Origin: an uncultured Verrucomicrobiae bacterium | Lineage (GTDB): Bacteria; Verrucomicrobiota; Verrucomicrobiia; Chthoniobacterales; UBA10450 | Assembly (NCBI GenBank): GCA_963815455.1 | Contig: CAWFGO010000001.1 | Location: forward strand, 96,001 to 160,000 | Reading direction: 5' to 3' | DNA: 64,000 bases | In this document: one piece after another, positions 31,696-40,838 of the stretch | How positions within the stretch are numbered: position 1 is the first letter of the stretch | How the letters are laid out: each line of letters opens with the position of its first letter | Made by a program: the position numbers and the translations under genes | The notes under the pieces: model-generated | Told to the model about the DNA's origin: nothing | Databases searched by the model: none | What the model saw: the letters and a program-made list of their open reading frames with translations, nothing else

Positions 31696-33681
31696 GTGGA
31701 CTCGACGAGCACGAATGTTCCCGCCGAGGTGGAGCGGAAAATGGATGAAGCGATCGCGCGCTATCCGCAAGATCGACAACGGAGCGCGGCGATGCCGCTG
31801 TTGCATCTCTGGCAGGAACATTTCGGATTCATCAACGACGATGCGGTGACCTGGATCGCAACTAAGCTCGGGCTTCAGCCGATCAATATTCTCGAGCTGG
31901 TCACGTTTTACCCGATGTTTCGCACTGAAGCGGCGGGCAGAACACACATCCGGGTCTGCCGCACGCTGAGCTGCGCCATGGCGGGCGGTTATCAGGTAAT
32001 GGAAAATTTATGCGCGGCCACGGGAATTCAACGCCAACTCGATCCCGCAAGCGCGGGACACACTCCGATTACGGTGAGCCCGAATGGAAATTACAGCATC
32101 GAGTTTGTGGAATGTCTCGCCAGTTGCGGCACCGCGCCCGTTTGCATGGTGAACGACGATTTGCACGAGAACGTTCAACCGGAGATTGCCGGGAATATCT
32201 TAGGCGGGCTGCCAGCGCTGCGTTATGTCAACCAGCCGCATCCTTTGGAGCATCGCCTCGTCTTCAAAAACGTCGGGCGCGGCGATTGGACGACCGACAT
32301 CGATTGCTATTTGCGCGACGGCGGTTACGCGGATTTGCGCAAAGCGGTAACGATGTCGCGCGAACAAATCGTCAGCGAAGTCAAGACCTCGGGCTTGCGC
32401 GGCCGCGGAGGCGCCGGATTTTCCTGCGGACTCAAATGGAGCTTTATCAAGCCGGATGAAAAACGTCCGGTCTATCTGATCTGCAATGCGGACGAATCCG
32501 AACCCGGCACGTTCAAGGACCGCTACATCATCCACGAAGACCCGCACCAGCTGCTCGAGGGCATCCTGATCTCCTGTTTCGCCCTGAACGCCCGGACGGC
32601 GTACATATATATAAGAGGTGAATTCCCCGAGGGGGCCCGAATCCTAGAAAACGCCATCGAGGAGGCCCGGGCCCATAATTTCCTGGGCAAGGACGTTCTC
32701 GGCACAGGGTTCGACGTTGAGGTTTACATTCACCGCGGCGCGGGCGCTTACATCTGCGGGGAAGAAACCGGGCTGATCGAATCCCTGGAAGGGAAACGCG
32801 GCTATCCCCGGATTAAACCGCCTTACTTCCCCGCCGTGCTCGGTCTTTACATGTGCCCGACCATCGTCAACAACGTCGAAACGCTTTGCCATGTGAAACA
32901 CATCATCGCCATGGGTGGCGCAAAGTATTCGGGTTTGGGGCGTCCCAATAATACCGGCACCCGCATCGTGTGCGTCAGCGGCGACGTGCAACGACCCGGT
33001 TATTTCGAGATCGAGGTCGGCGCGGTGACGATGGGCCAATTGATTTACGAAATGGCCGGCGGAATCAGGAACCGACGCACGCTGAAAGCTGTCATCCCCG
33101 GCGGCACCTCTGCAAAAGTGCTGCGGGCCGACGAGCGTTTCAAACTAAAACAAAAACAGCCCGATGGATCGACAATCGAACGCGAAATGTCGATCGACGA
33201 GCTCCCGATGGATTTCGATTCACTCGCCGCGGCGGGCTCCATGGCCGGCTCGGGCGGCGTGATCGTTCTGGACGATTCCCGCGACATGGTCTGGGCCCTC
33301 AACAACATCAACGAATTTTACGCTCACGAATCGTGCGGCCAATGTACCCCCTGCCGGGAAGGCTCGCTCTGGATGAAAAAAATCACCGAACGGATGTTGC
33401 TCGGCGGCGGCGTGGTCCAGGATCCAAAAACGCTCAAGACGATCGGCGACAACATTGCCGGCCGCACCATTTGCGCTTTCGGCGAAGCCTGCGCCTGGCC
33501 GACTCAAAGTTTCGTCCAGAAATTTCCCGACGAATTCGCCGCTCGCGCCCAGAAGCCCCTTCCGCCGCCGCTCCCGCCCGAGATCACGCCTGAAGAATTA
33601 ATCGAAGAAGAAGAAATCCCAACCACTCCCCTCGCCCACGACCCCGGCTGGGAAAAAGCCGGCACTGCCGGAACAATCTGA
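31696..33681 (+). CDS. nuoEF: Fused NADH-quinone oxidoreductase subunits E and F
   Basis: VTFYPMF, CRTLSC, ECLASC (NuoE) then GLRGRGGAGF, NADESEPG, GAYICGEET, ESCGQCTPCREG (NuoF) in one ORF. Confidence 0.93.
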   Translation: MDSTSTNVPAEVERKMDEAIARYPQDRQRSAAMPLLHLWQEHFGFINDDAVTWIATKLGLQPINILELVTFYPMFRTEAAGRTHIRVCRTLSCAMAGGYQVMENLCAATGIQRQLDPASAGHTPITVSPNGNYSIEFVECLASCGTAPVCMVNDDLHENVQPEIAGNILGGLPALRYVNQPHPLEHRLVFKNVGRGDWTTDIDCYLRDGGYADLRKAVTMSREQIVSEVKTSGLRGRGGAGFSCGLKWSFIKPDEKRPVYLICNADESEPGTFKDRYIIHEDPHQLLEGILISCFALNARTAYIYIRGEFPEGARILENAIEEARAHNFLGKDVLGTGFDVEVYIHRGAGAYICGEETGLIESLEGKRGYPRIKPPYFPAVLGLYMCPTIVNNVETLCHVKHIIAMGGAKYSGLGRPNNTGTRIVCVSGDVQRPGYFEIEVGAVTMGQLIYEMAGGIRNRRTLKAVIPGGTSAKVLRADERFKLKQKQPDGSTIEREMSIDELPMDFDSLAAAGSMAGSGGVIVLDDSRDMVWALNNINEFYAHESCGQCTPCREGSLWMKKITERMLLGGGVVQDPKTLKTIGDNIAGRTICAFGEACAWPTQSFVQKFPDEFAARAQKPLPPPLPPEITPEELIEEEEIPTTPLAHDPGWEKAGTAGTI

Positions 33682-33692
33682 AGATGAAACTT

Positions 33693-33760
33693 CATGCTCG
33701 TGCTCATACTCCTGCTCATGATCGATCCTTTTCGATTACGAGTATGAGCACGAGCATGAG
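33693..33760. repeat. Inverted pair of hexamer arrays
   Basis: CATGCTCGTGCTCATACTC...GAGTATGAGCACGAGCATG. Confidence 0.8.
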
Positions 33761-33772
33761 CAGGACCAGATA

Positions 33773-35497
33773 ATGGCCGATCTCACGACAGCTCAGCCGA
33801 TGTTCAACGTCCAGATCGATGGCGTGTGGCATCAGTTCCCAAAAGGGACCCGCGTGATCGAGGCCTGCGCCCAGGCCGGCGTGTTCGTGCCGCGATATTG
33901 TTATCACAAGAAGCTCAGTTCGCCGGGCAATTGCCGGATGTGTTTGATCGAGATGGGAATGCCGAAGATGGGACCCGATCGCAAACCGGAGCTCGGTCCG
34001 GATGGCCGGCCGGTGATCAACTGGATGCCACGGCCGCAAATTTCCTGTGCCCAGGAAGTCTCGGACGGCATGGGTGTGCGCACCGATTCGCCGCTGGTGA
34101 AAGAATGTCAGCGCGGCGTCATGGAATTTCTGCTCATCAATCATCCGCTCGATTGTCCGATTTGCGATCAGGCCGGTGAATGTCGATTACAGGAATTCAG
34201 CGTGGAGTTCGGAAACGCTGAATCGCGTTTTCTGGAAAACAAGGTGAAGAAGCCAAAGAATGTCGTGCTCGGCCCGCGCGTCACGCTCGATGACGAGCGC
34301 TGCATTCTCTGCTCGCGCTGCATTCGGTTCTGCAACGAGATTGCGCATGACGACGTCCTCGGCTTCGTCGATCGCGGCAGTCACACCGTCCTCACCGCGC
34401 ATCCCGGCAAACGCCTGGAAAATAATTATTCGCTTAACACCGTGGACATTTGTCCGGTCGGCGCGCTGACTTCGAGCGATTTCCGTTTCAAGATGCGGGT
34501 CTGGTTCTTAAAGGAAACAAAAAGTTTCTGCACGAGTTGCGCGACAGGTTGCAACACGCTCATCGGAACCCGCGAAGACGTGATCTATCGCCAAACTCCG
34601 CGCGAGAATGACGCGGTGAACTCCGCCTGGATGTGCGATTATGGCCGGCTCAAGTTTGATTATCTCCAATCGGAGAAACGATTATTGGAGCCGCGTGTCC
34701 GCCTCGGGGACAAATTGCAACCGACGGACTGGAGCAACGCGACGACGCAGGCTGCCATGCTCTTGAAACAATTTTCCGGCTGGGAAATTGCCATCGTCGC
34801 GTCCGGCCGGATGACCAATGAAGAGCTTTGGCTCACCGCGCAACTGGCCCGCACCCTCAACGTTCAGTTGATCGACATCGTCCCGCGCAGTGGACCCGGC
34901 GACGATATTTTACTGAGCACTGATCGTAATCCGAATACGAACGGAGCGCGTTTGCTCGGACTCACTTCAAAACCGGGCGCGAATTTGTCCGCCATTGCCG
35001 AAGCGGTGAATTCGGGACGGGTGCGAGCGTTGGTCACGCTTGGCGAAAATCCGATCGCATTCGGAACCGCGCCTGAATCTCTTGCGAATCTTGCGGCGCT
35101 TGTGGTGATGGATATTTTGTCGAACGCGGCAACCGATTGCGCAACGGTTGTGCTGCCTGCATCGGGCTTTGCCGAAAAACGCGGTTCGATGGTCAATGGC
35201 GAGGGACGGCTGCAACGTCTGAACCGCGCCGTGCGCGCGCCGGGTCAGGCCCGCGATGATTGGGAAATCCTGCGCGACCTGCTTCAAGCCGTCGGCGGCA
35301 GCAACGGACTCTATTCGATCGAAGATGTTTTCCGGCAAATGAGCCAATGGGTTCCGCAATTTGCGGGATTGAGTCTCAGCTGGATCGGCGACCTCGGCAC
35401 GCATGTGATGGATGCGCACGATCCCCCGCCGCCGCCGGTCGATCTTGAGGCGCAAGATATTGAAGAAGCAGATTTGAAAAAACCGCCGGGCCGGTAG
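33773..35497 (+). CDS. nuoG: NADH-quinone oxidoreductase subunit G
   Basis: PRYCYH..GNCRMC, NHPLDCPICDQAGEC, CILCSRC, CPVGAL. Confidence 0.95.
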   Translation: MADLTTAQPMFNVQIDGVWHQFPKGTRVIEACAQAGVFVPRYCYHKKLSSPGNCRMCLIEMGMPKMGPDRKPELGPDGRPVINWMPRPQISCAQEVSDGMGVRTDSPLVKECQRGVMEFLLINHPLDCPICDQAGECRLQEFSVEFGNAESRFLENKVKKPKNVVLGPRVTLDDERCILCSRCIRFCNEIAHDDVLGFVDRGSHTVLTAHPGKRLENNYSLNTVDICPVGALTSSDFRFKMRVWFLKETKSFCTSCATGCNTLIGTREDVIYRQTPRENDAVNSAWMCDYGRLKFDYLQSEKRLLEPRVRLGDKLQPTDWSNATTQAAMLLKQFSGWEIAIVASGRMTNEELWLTAQLARTLNVQLIDIVPRSGPGDDILLSTDRNPNTNGARLLGLTSKPGANLSAIAEAVNSGRVRALVTLGENPIAFGTAPESLANLAALVVMDILSNAATDCATVVLPASGFAEKRGSMVNGEGRLQRLNRAVRAPGQARDDWEILRDLLQAVGGSNGLYSIEDVFRQMSQWVPQFAGLSLSWIGDLGTHVMDAHDPPPPPVDLEAQDIEEADLKKPPGR

Positions 35498-35512
35498 CGC
35501 TCGAAGATCGAC

Positions 35513-36574
35513 ATGGATTTTTTCTTCATCATCACGTCACTGCTGAAAATTCTCGGGATCCTTTTTGTCATAATTCTGCCGATGGTTTCTTACAGCGTGT
35601 ATGCCGAACGCCGCGTCAGCGCGCTAATTCAAGACCGGGTCGGACCGAACCGAGTCGGGCCATCGGGATTGCTTCAGCCAATCGCGGACATGTTCAAATT
35701 GCTGCTCAAAGAGGATTTCACACCGCGGCATGTGAACACGTTTTATTACTGGCTCGCGCCGGCGCTGGCGATGATGCCGGCCATTATTACCATCGCGGTT
35801 GTGCCGTTTGGCAGCACGCTTTTCGGCGTCCCGATGGTGATTGCCGACGTCAATGTTGGCGTTCTTTTCATCTTCGCCATCGCGTCGCTCGGCGTTTACG
35901 GGATCGTCATTGCCGGTTGGGCATCGAATTCAAAGTATCCGTTTCTCGGTGGAATCCGTTCCAGTTCGCAAATGCTTTCCTACGAGCTCTCCCTCGGGCT
36001 CGCCGTTATTCCGATCTTCATGCTCGTTGGAAATCTCCGGCTGACCAGTGTCGTTCAGTATCAGATCGACAACGGCTGGTTCATCGTCCCGTTCGTCGGT
36101 GACTGGATGAACCCATGGAAATGGCTCCTCGCCGTTCCGATGATAGTTTCGTTCGTAGTTTTCACGATCGCCATTTTCGCCGAAACAAATCGGTTGCCGT
36201 TCGATCTGCCCGAAGCCGAACAGGAGCTCGCCGGCGGTTATCACACCGAATACAGCTCGATGAAGTTCGCCCTCTTTTTTCTCGGTGAATACGCAGCCAT
36301 GATCACCGGCTCGGCGATTATCGTGACCTTATTTTTCGGTGGCTGGCATTTTCCCGGAATCCCGAATGGATCGCATGGATGGATTTTCGGTCTCATCAAC
36401 ATCGCGGTGTTTTTCACCAAAGTCGCCCTGCTGCTCTTTTTCTTTATCTGGGTTCGCTGGACCCTGCCCCGGTTTCGTTACGATCAATTGATGCGACTCG
36501 GCTGGCTCTTCTTTTTCGAAATCGCGCTGGTAAACATTTTTATTGTCGCGGGAATCCTGGCATTTGCCCACTAA
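35513..36574 (+). CDS. nuoH: NADH-quinone oxidoreductase subunit H
   Basis: QDRVGPNRVG, AETNRLPFDLPEAE, RWTLPRFRYDQLM. Confidence 0.97.
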   Translation: MDFFFIITSLLKILGILFVIILPMVSYSVYAERRVSALIQDRVGPNRVGPSGLLQPIADMFKLLLKEDFTPRHVNTFYYWLAPALAMMPAIITIAVVPFGSTLFGVPMVIADVNVGVLFIFAIASLGVYGIVIAGWASNSKYPFLGGIRSSSQMLSYELSLGLAVIPIFMLVGNLRLTSVVQYQIDNGWFIVPFVGDWMNPWKWLLAVPMIVSFVVFTIAIFAETNRLPFDLPEAEQELAGGYHTEYSSMKFALFFLGEYAAMITGSAIIVTLFFGGWHFPGIPNGSHGWIFGLINIAVFFTKVALLLFFFIWVRWTLPRFRYDQLMRLGWLFFFEIALVNIFIVAGILAFAH

Positions 36575-36649
36575 ACACACGAAATATCACGAAACCGTTT
36601 AGAACTAACTTGATCACATTTTTTGTGTCCTTTCGTATGTTTCGTGGGC
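36566..36649. mobile_element. MITE-like element with GCCCAC terminal inverted repeats, overlapping nuoH stop
   Basis: GCCCACTAAACACACGAAA...TTTCGTATGTTTCGTGGGC; same ends as the GxxExxY cassette. Confidence 0.75.
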
Positions 36650-36660
36650 AATTCTGATTC

Positions 36661-37191
36661 ATGACCGTTACCGTTACACGACCCAATCTAAACTGGCGCG
36701 AGCGATTATATCTGCCCGCAATCGTGGCCGGGCTCGCCATTACCTTTAAGCATTTCAAGAACATGTTGCTCGGCCGGACCAAGGTCACGATGCAATATCC
36801 CGAGCAAAAATGGGACGCGAACATGCCCGATTATTATCGCGGCGCGCCTGCGCTGGTCCGCGACACCGACGGTCGCGTCCGATGTGTGGCCTGCCAGCTT
36901 TGCGAATTCATTTGTCCGCCGCGCGCGATCACCATCGTTCCGGACGAGATTTCTTCGACCGACCGGTTCGCCAAGGTCGAGAAATACCCGATCGAGTTCG
37001 ACATCGACATGATCCGCTGCATTTACTGCGGGATGTGCGAAGAAGTTTGTCCCGAGCAGGCGATCTTTCTGCGCAAAGATTACGCCATCACCGGGTTTAC
37101 CCGCGAAGAAATGGTGCATCACAAAGACAAGCTAATCGAAATCGGCGGCGTCATGCACGGGGTCGTTTTGAAATGGAACGCAAAGAAGTAA
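36661..37191 (+). CDS. nuoI: NADH-quinone oxidoreductase subunit I
   Basis: CVACQLCEFICP and CIYCGMCEEVCP. Confidence 0.97.
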   Translation: MTVTVTRPNLNWRERLYLPAIVAGLAITFKHFKNMLLGRTKVTMQYPEQKWDANMPDYYRGAPALVRDTDGRVRCVACQLCEFICPPRAITIVPDEISSTDRFAKVEKYPIEFDIDMIRCIYCGMCEEVCPEQAIFLRKDYAITGFTREEMVHHKDKLIEIGGVMHGVVLKWNAKK

Positions 37192-37194
37192 GAC

Positions 37195-37314
37195 TTGTCA
37201 TCCCGAACCGCGAAGACGGTGAGGGATCTCGCTATTACCTGAAATTGTCGAGCCAAGGCAAGTCGACGACTTGGGCTCCGGCTGTGAGATCCTTCACTTC
37301 GTTCAGGATGACAA
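37195..37314. repeat. GTCATCC...GGATGAC palindromic element
   Basis: TTGTCATCCCGAAC..GAGGGATCTC...GAGATCCTTCAC..CAGGATGACAA. Confidence 0.88.
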
Positions 37315-37320
37315 AGCGGC

Positions 37321-37356
37321 GGCGGCGTAATGCACGGCGTCGTCCTAGAATGGAAT
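37321..37356 (+). pseudogene. Remnant second copy of nuoI 3' end
   Basis: Encodes GGVMHGVVLEWN versus GGVMHGVVLKWN at 37144..37179. Confidence 0.8.
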
Positions 37357-37413
37357 ACGACAAATGAGTTCGGAAATCCGAAATTCGAAATCCGAAATCC
37401 GAAATTAAAGAGA

Positions 37414-37917
37414 ATGTCGCCTTTTTTATTTTGGACTTTCGCAATGCTGATGCTGGTCTTCGGCGCGGCCGTTGTCATCAATCGCAATCCGGTGGCGAGC
37501 GCGCTGAGTCTGGTCGTTTCGTTTCTCGGGCTGGCCGCCCTCTTTATGTCGCTCAATGCCTATTTCATCGGCATCATTCAAGTGCTCGTTTACGCCGGCG
37601 CGGTGATGGTCCTGTTCCTTTTCATCATCATGCTTCTCCATCTTCGCATCGAGGAACGGCGCCGGATCAACTGGACGGCGTCAGCGGGCGGAATTGTCGT
37701 CGCGCTTGTTTTGCTTGTTCAAATCTTTTTCGTGATTGGAAATTTCGAGCCCGCTCGGCAAGCGATTCCGCCACTCACAGCATCGACAATTGATGATGTC
37801 CACAACATCGGCGCTCTGCTTTTCAGCAATTACAATCTTCCTCTGCAAATCATCGGGGTTCTCATTCTCGTGGCGACCATCGGCGTCGTTCTCCTGAGCA
37901 AACGCGAACCAAGATAG
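37414..37917 (+). CDS. nuoJ: NADH-quinone oxidoreductase subunit J
   Basis: RNPVASAL, QVLVYAGAVMVLFLFIIMLL. Confidence 0.95.
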   Translation: MSPFLFWTFAMLMLVFGAAVVINRNPVASALSLVVSFLGLAALFMSLNAYFIGIIQVLVYAGAVMVLFLFIIMLLHLRIEERRRINWTASAGGIVVALVLLVQIFFVIGNFEPARQAIPPLTASTIDDVHNIGALLFSNYNLPLQIIGVLILVATIGVVLLSKREPR

Positions 37918-37921
37918 TTTA

Positions 37922-38021
37922 GCCCACGAAAATACGCGAAATGACACGAAAACAGAAAATGTCAGGAAATTGCCGATGTTTATCTCTGACATTTTCGCGT
38001 TCTTTCGAGTGTTTAGTGGGC
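37922..38021. mobile_element. MITE-like element with GCCCAC terminal inverted repeats after nuoJ
   Basis: GCCCACGAAAATACGCGAAATGACACGAA...TTTAGTGGGC; retains GCCGAT....TCTCTGA like the GxxExxY gene end. Confidence 0.75.
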
Positions 38022-38034
38022 ACAAAACAATAAC

Positions 38035-38355
38035 ATGATCACGCTGGGCGATTATCTCATGGTCAGCGGCGCGCTGTTCGCCATCGGATTCGCCGGCGTG
38101 ATGCTGCGACGCAATCTCATCATTATTCTGATGTCGTTGGAGTTGATGTTGAACGCATCAAATCTATCTCTGGTAGCTTTCTCGCGATTCCGGATCGATC
38201 CCGCCGGCTTGCCGAATTACAGCGCTCAGGTCTTTGTCTTTTTTATCATCACCGTTGCCGCGGCCGAAGTTGCTGTCGGGCTGGCCATCATCGTCGCTCT
38301 CTATCGCGCCCGCCAAACGACGCATGTGGAAGATCTCAGGAGTTTGAAATTTTAG
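38035..38355 (+). CDS. nuoK: NADH-quinone oxidoreductase subunit K
   Basis: [23 protein letters not shown]. Confidence 0.96.
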   Translation: MITLGDYLMVSGALFAIGFAGVMLRRNLIIILMSLELMLNASNLSLVAFSRFRIDPAGLPNYSAQVFVFFIITVAAAEVAVGLAIIVALYRARQTTHVEDLRSLKF

Positions 38356-38831
38356 CCCACGAAACACACGAAATGACACGAATGGAAGAAAAGGGAGAAC
38401 TCGTTTACAAAGATGAAAGCTACGCCAGCATCGGCGCGTGTTTCGTCGTCTACAAAGAGAAAGGGCTGCGGATTTCTCGAGCCGGTTTATCACGAGTGCC
38501 TGGAAATCGAGTTCGAATCCCAAAGGATCCCGTTTCGGTCAAAACCACCCCAAACGCTTCAATATCACGGGCGGACCCTTATCCAGACATTTCATCCCGA
38601 TTTCATTTGCTATGATAAGATCATCCTCGAAATCAAAGCTGTCTCCGTACTATGCGATGAGCATCGCGCTCAGGTGCTTAACTATCTCAGCGCGACGGGA
38701 TGCAAATTGGGGCTGCTCGTCAATTTTGGTCATTGGCCAAGAATCGAATACGAACGCCTCCTTCCTAGAAAACATGAACCCGCCGATTTCCGTCTCTGAA
38801 AATTTCGTGTCCTTTCGTGTGTTTAGTGGGC
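38355..38831 (+). mobile_element. GxxExxY cassette with 28-bp terminal inverted repeats
   Basis: Left GCCCACGAAACACACGAAATGACACGAA; right end reverse-complements to GCCCACTAAACACACGAAAGGACACGAA (2 mismatches). Confidence 0.75.
38382..38799 (+). CDS. GxxExxY protein (PD-(D/E)xK nuclease family); one frameshift near 38463
   Basis: ELVYKDESY..GACFVVYKEKG then CGFLEPVYHECL, PDF..IILEIK, AQVLNYL..GLLVNFG. Confidence 0.9.
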
Positions 38832-38851
38832 AAAAAATGACTCTTCTTTGC

Positions 38852-38902
38852 CGTGCCCGACAAACAACCCACGTGGAAGATCTGCGTAGCCTGAAATTTT
38901 AG
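38852..38902 (+). pseudogene. Remnant second copy of nuoK 3' end abutting nuoL ATG
   Basis: Encodes [16 protein letters not shown], identical in protein to 38305..38355. Confidence 0.9.
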
Positions 38903-40705
38903 ATGGAAGCCGAGAACCTTGTTCCCTGGATCGTGTTGCTCGCGCCGCTGGCCTCGGCGGTCGTGATCACGCTCTTCGCCCGTCGGTCACAAGGGTTGAG
39001 CAGTTTTCTTTCCGTCACTGCTGTGCTCGGGAGTTTTGCCGGGAGCTGCTGGATTTTTCAGCGCACCGGCGATTTCACAGTTGAAATCAATTGGATCGAC
39101 ATCAGCGGCGGGCTCAAGGCGCCGCTCGGGCTCACTCTCGATTATTTGTCCAAGACAATGCTGGTTCTCGTTTCTGGTGTGGGAGCGATTATCCACATTT
39201 ATTCGCTTGGTTACATGCGCGGCGAAGAGGGCAAATCGCGTTATTTCGCCGGTCTGTCGCTCTTCATGTTCGCCATGCTCGGGATCGTTCTGGCCAACAA
39301 CTTCGTGATGTTATTTATTTTTTGGGAGCTGGTGGGATTCACCTCCTACGTGCTCATCGGTCACTGGTTCGATCGTCCGGCGGCGGCAGACGCGGCCAAG
39401 AAGGCGTTCATCACCAATCGTCTCGGCGATTTCGGATTTATGCTTGGCATCCTGATGATTTGGGTGCCGACCGGCTCGGTCGTTTTTCCCGACATCAACG
39501 AGCGATTGTCGATCCTGACGAACAATCCCGCGTATCTGACGGTAGCCGCGCTTCTGATCTTCTGCGGCGCAGTCGGAAAATCCGCGCAATTTCCGCTGCA
39601 CGTCTGGTTGCCAGACGCGATGGAAGGTCCCACGCCGGTCTCAGCGTTGATCCACGCGGCGACGATGGTTGCCGCAGGCGTTTACATGCTGGCCCGCGTC
39701 GCGTTCATCATTCAAGCGTCGGAAACAGCGCTCATGGTCATTGCCTGGATCGGGACGATCACGGCGCTCATGGCCGCGCTGATTGCCACCCAACAGGACG
39801 ACATCAAGCGAGTCCTGGCTTATTCCACGCTTTCGCAGCTCGGTTACATGGTGATGGCCATCGGTCTGGCCTCGAGCGAAGCAGCGATGTTTCACTTGTT
39901 CACCCACGCGTTTTTCAAAGCGCTCCTGTTCCTCGGCGCCGGCTCGGTCATCATCGCGCTGCATCACGAACAGGACATTTGGGAAATGGGCGGCCTCTGG
40001 CGCAATCTCAAGATTACGTTTGTCACATTTCTCATCGGCGCGTTGGCCCTCATGGGTTTGCCGCCGTTCAGCGGTTTTGTCAGCAAGGATGCGATCCTTG
40101 CTCTGGCCTACGAGCATAACAAATCGATCTTCGTGCTCGCCCTGGGCACCGCGTTCTTGACCGCGTTTTATGTCACTCGTTTGCTCATGGTTGTTTTTCT
40201 TGGGCACCCGCGCGGACACGCGGCCCGGGTCAGCAAAGAATCGACGTTTGTCATGACGGGGCCGCTCGTCGTTCTCGCGCTCCTCGTGATTGCGAGCAGT
40301 TTCGCTGCGTTCAACAATCATTTCCTTGTTCTTCCAAGCCAGGGCGCATTTTTAGAGACCGTTCCTTTGTTCGCCACCGGCGCGCTCGTCTTCGGCGTCG
40401 GGCTCGCCTTTCTGTTTTATCGCGGACGCGCCACCGAAGCTGTCTACGTCGATCTTCTCCGCCGCCGTTTTTACATCGACGATTTTTATCAATGGCTCAT
40501 CAACTGGACCCAGGAACTGCTCGCCCGCGTCGCTGCGTTCTTCGATCGCTGGATAATCGACGCCGGCGCGGTCCGCGGAGTGAGCGGCGGCACCTGGGGA
40601 GTCGGCGCGCTGTTGCGATTGGTTCAAGTAGGTAATTTGCAGGCTTACGCGTTTCTCTTCGGCCTGGGCATCGTCGCGCTCATTTATTTTGCCGTTTTCC
40701 GATAG
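38903..40705 (+). CDS. nuoL: NADH-quinone oxidoreductase subunit L
   Basis: GKSAQFPLHVWLPDAMEGPTPVSALIHAATMV, HLFTHAFFKALLF. Confidence 0.97.
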   Translation: MEAENLVPWIVLLAPLASAVVITLFARRSQGLSSFLSVTAVLGSFAGSCWIFQRTGDFTVEINWIDISGGLKAPLGLTLDYLSKTMLVLVSGVGAIIHIYSLGYMRGEEGKSRYFAGLSLFMFAMLGIVLANNFVMLFIFWELVGFTSYVLIGHWFDRPAAADAAKKAFITNRLGDFGFMLGILMIWVPTGSVVFPDINERLSILTNNPAYLTVAALLIFCGAVGKSAQFPLHVWLPDAMEGPTPVSALIHAATMVAAGVYMLARVAFIIQASETALMVIAWIGTITALMAALIATQQDDIKRVLAYSTLSQLGYMVMAIGLASSEAAMFHLFTHAFFKALLFLGAGSVIIALHHEQDIWEMGGLWRNLKITFVTFLIGALALMGLPPFSGFVSKDAILALAYEHNKSIFVLALGTAFLTAFYVTRLLMVVFLGHPRGHAARVSKESTFVMTGPLVVLALLVIASSFAAFNNHFLVLPSQGAFLETVPLFATGALVFGVGLAFLFYRGRATEAVYVDLLRRRFYIDDFYQWLINWTQELLARVAAFFDRWIIDAGAVRGVSGGTWGVGALLRLVQVGNLQAYAFLFGLGIVALIYFAVFR

Positions 40706-40813
40706 CCCACGAAACACACGAAATGACACGAAAAGGAGAAACAGATCTGATTTACGGCGACTCGCTGATTCCTATTTCTGAAAATTCCGTGTCTTTTCGT
40801 GGGTTTCGTGGGC
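40705..40813. mobile_element. MITE-like internal-deletion derivative of the GxxExxY cassette at nuoL stop
   Basis: First 28 bp identical to cassette left end; interior resembles the first and last codons of the GxxExxY ORF. Confidence 0.78.
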
Positions 40814-40838
40814 AAGCAAATCCCCTCCTCTTTCTCTG

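Noticed and set aside
37330..37413. N-terminal extension of NuoJ predicted by the ORF track
   Set aside because: It consists of the nuoI remnant and a heptamer array; ATG 37414 fits a normal NuoJ start.
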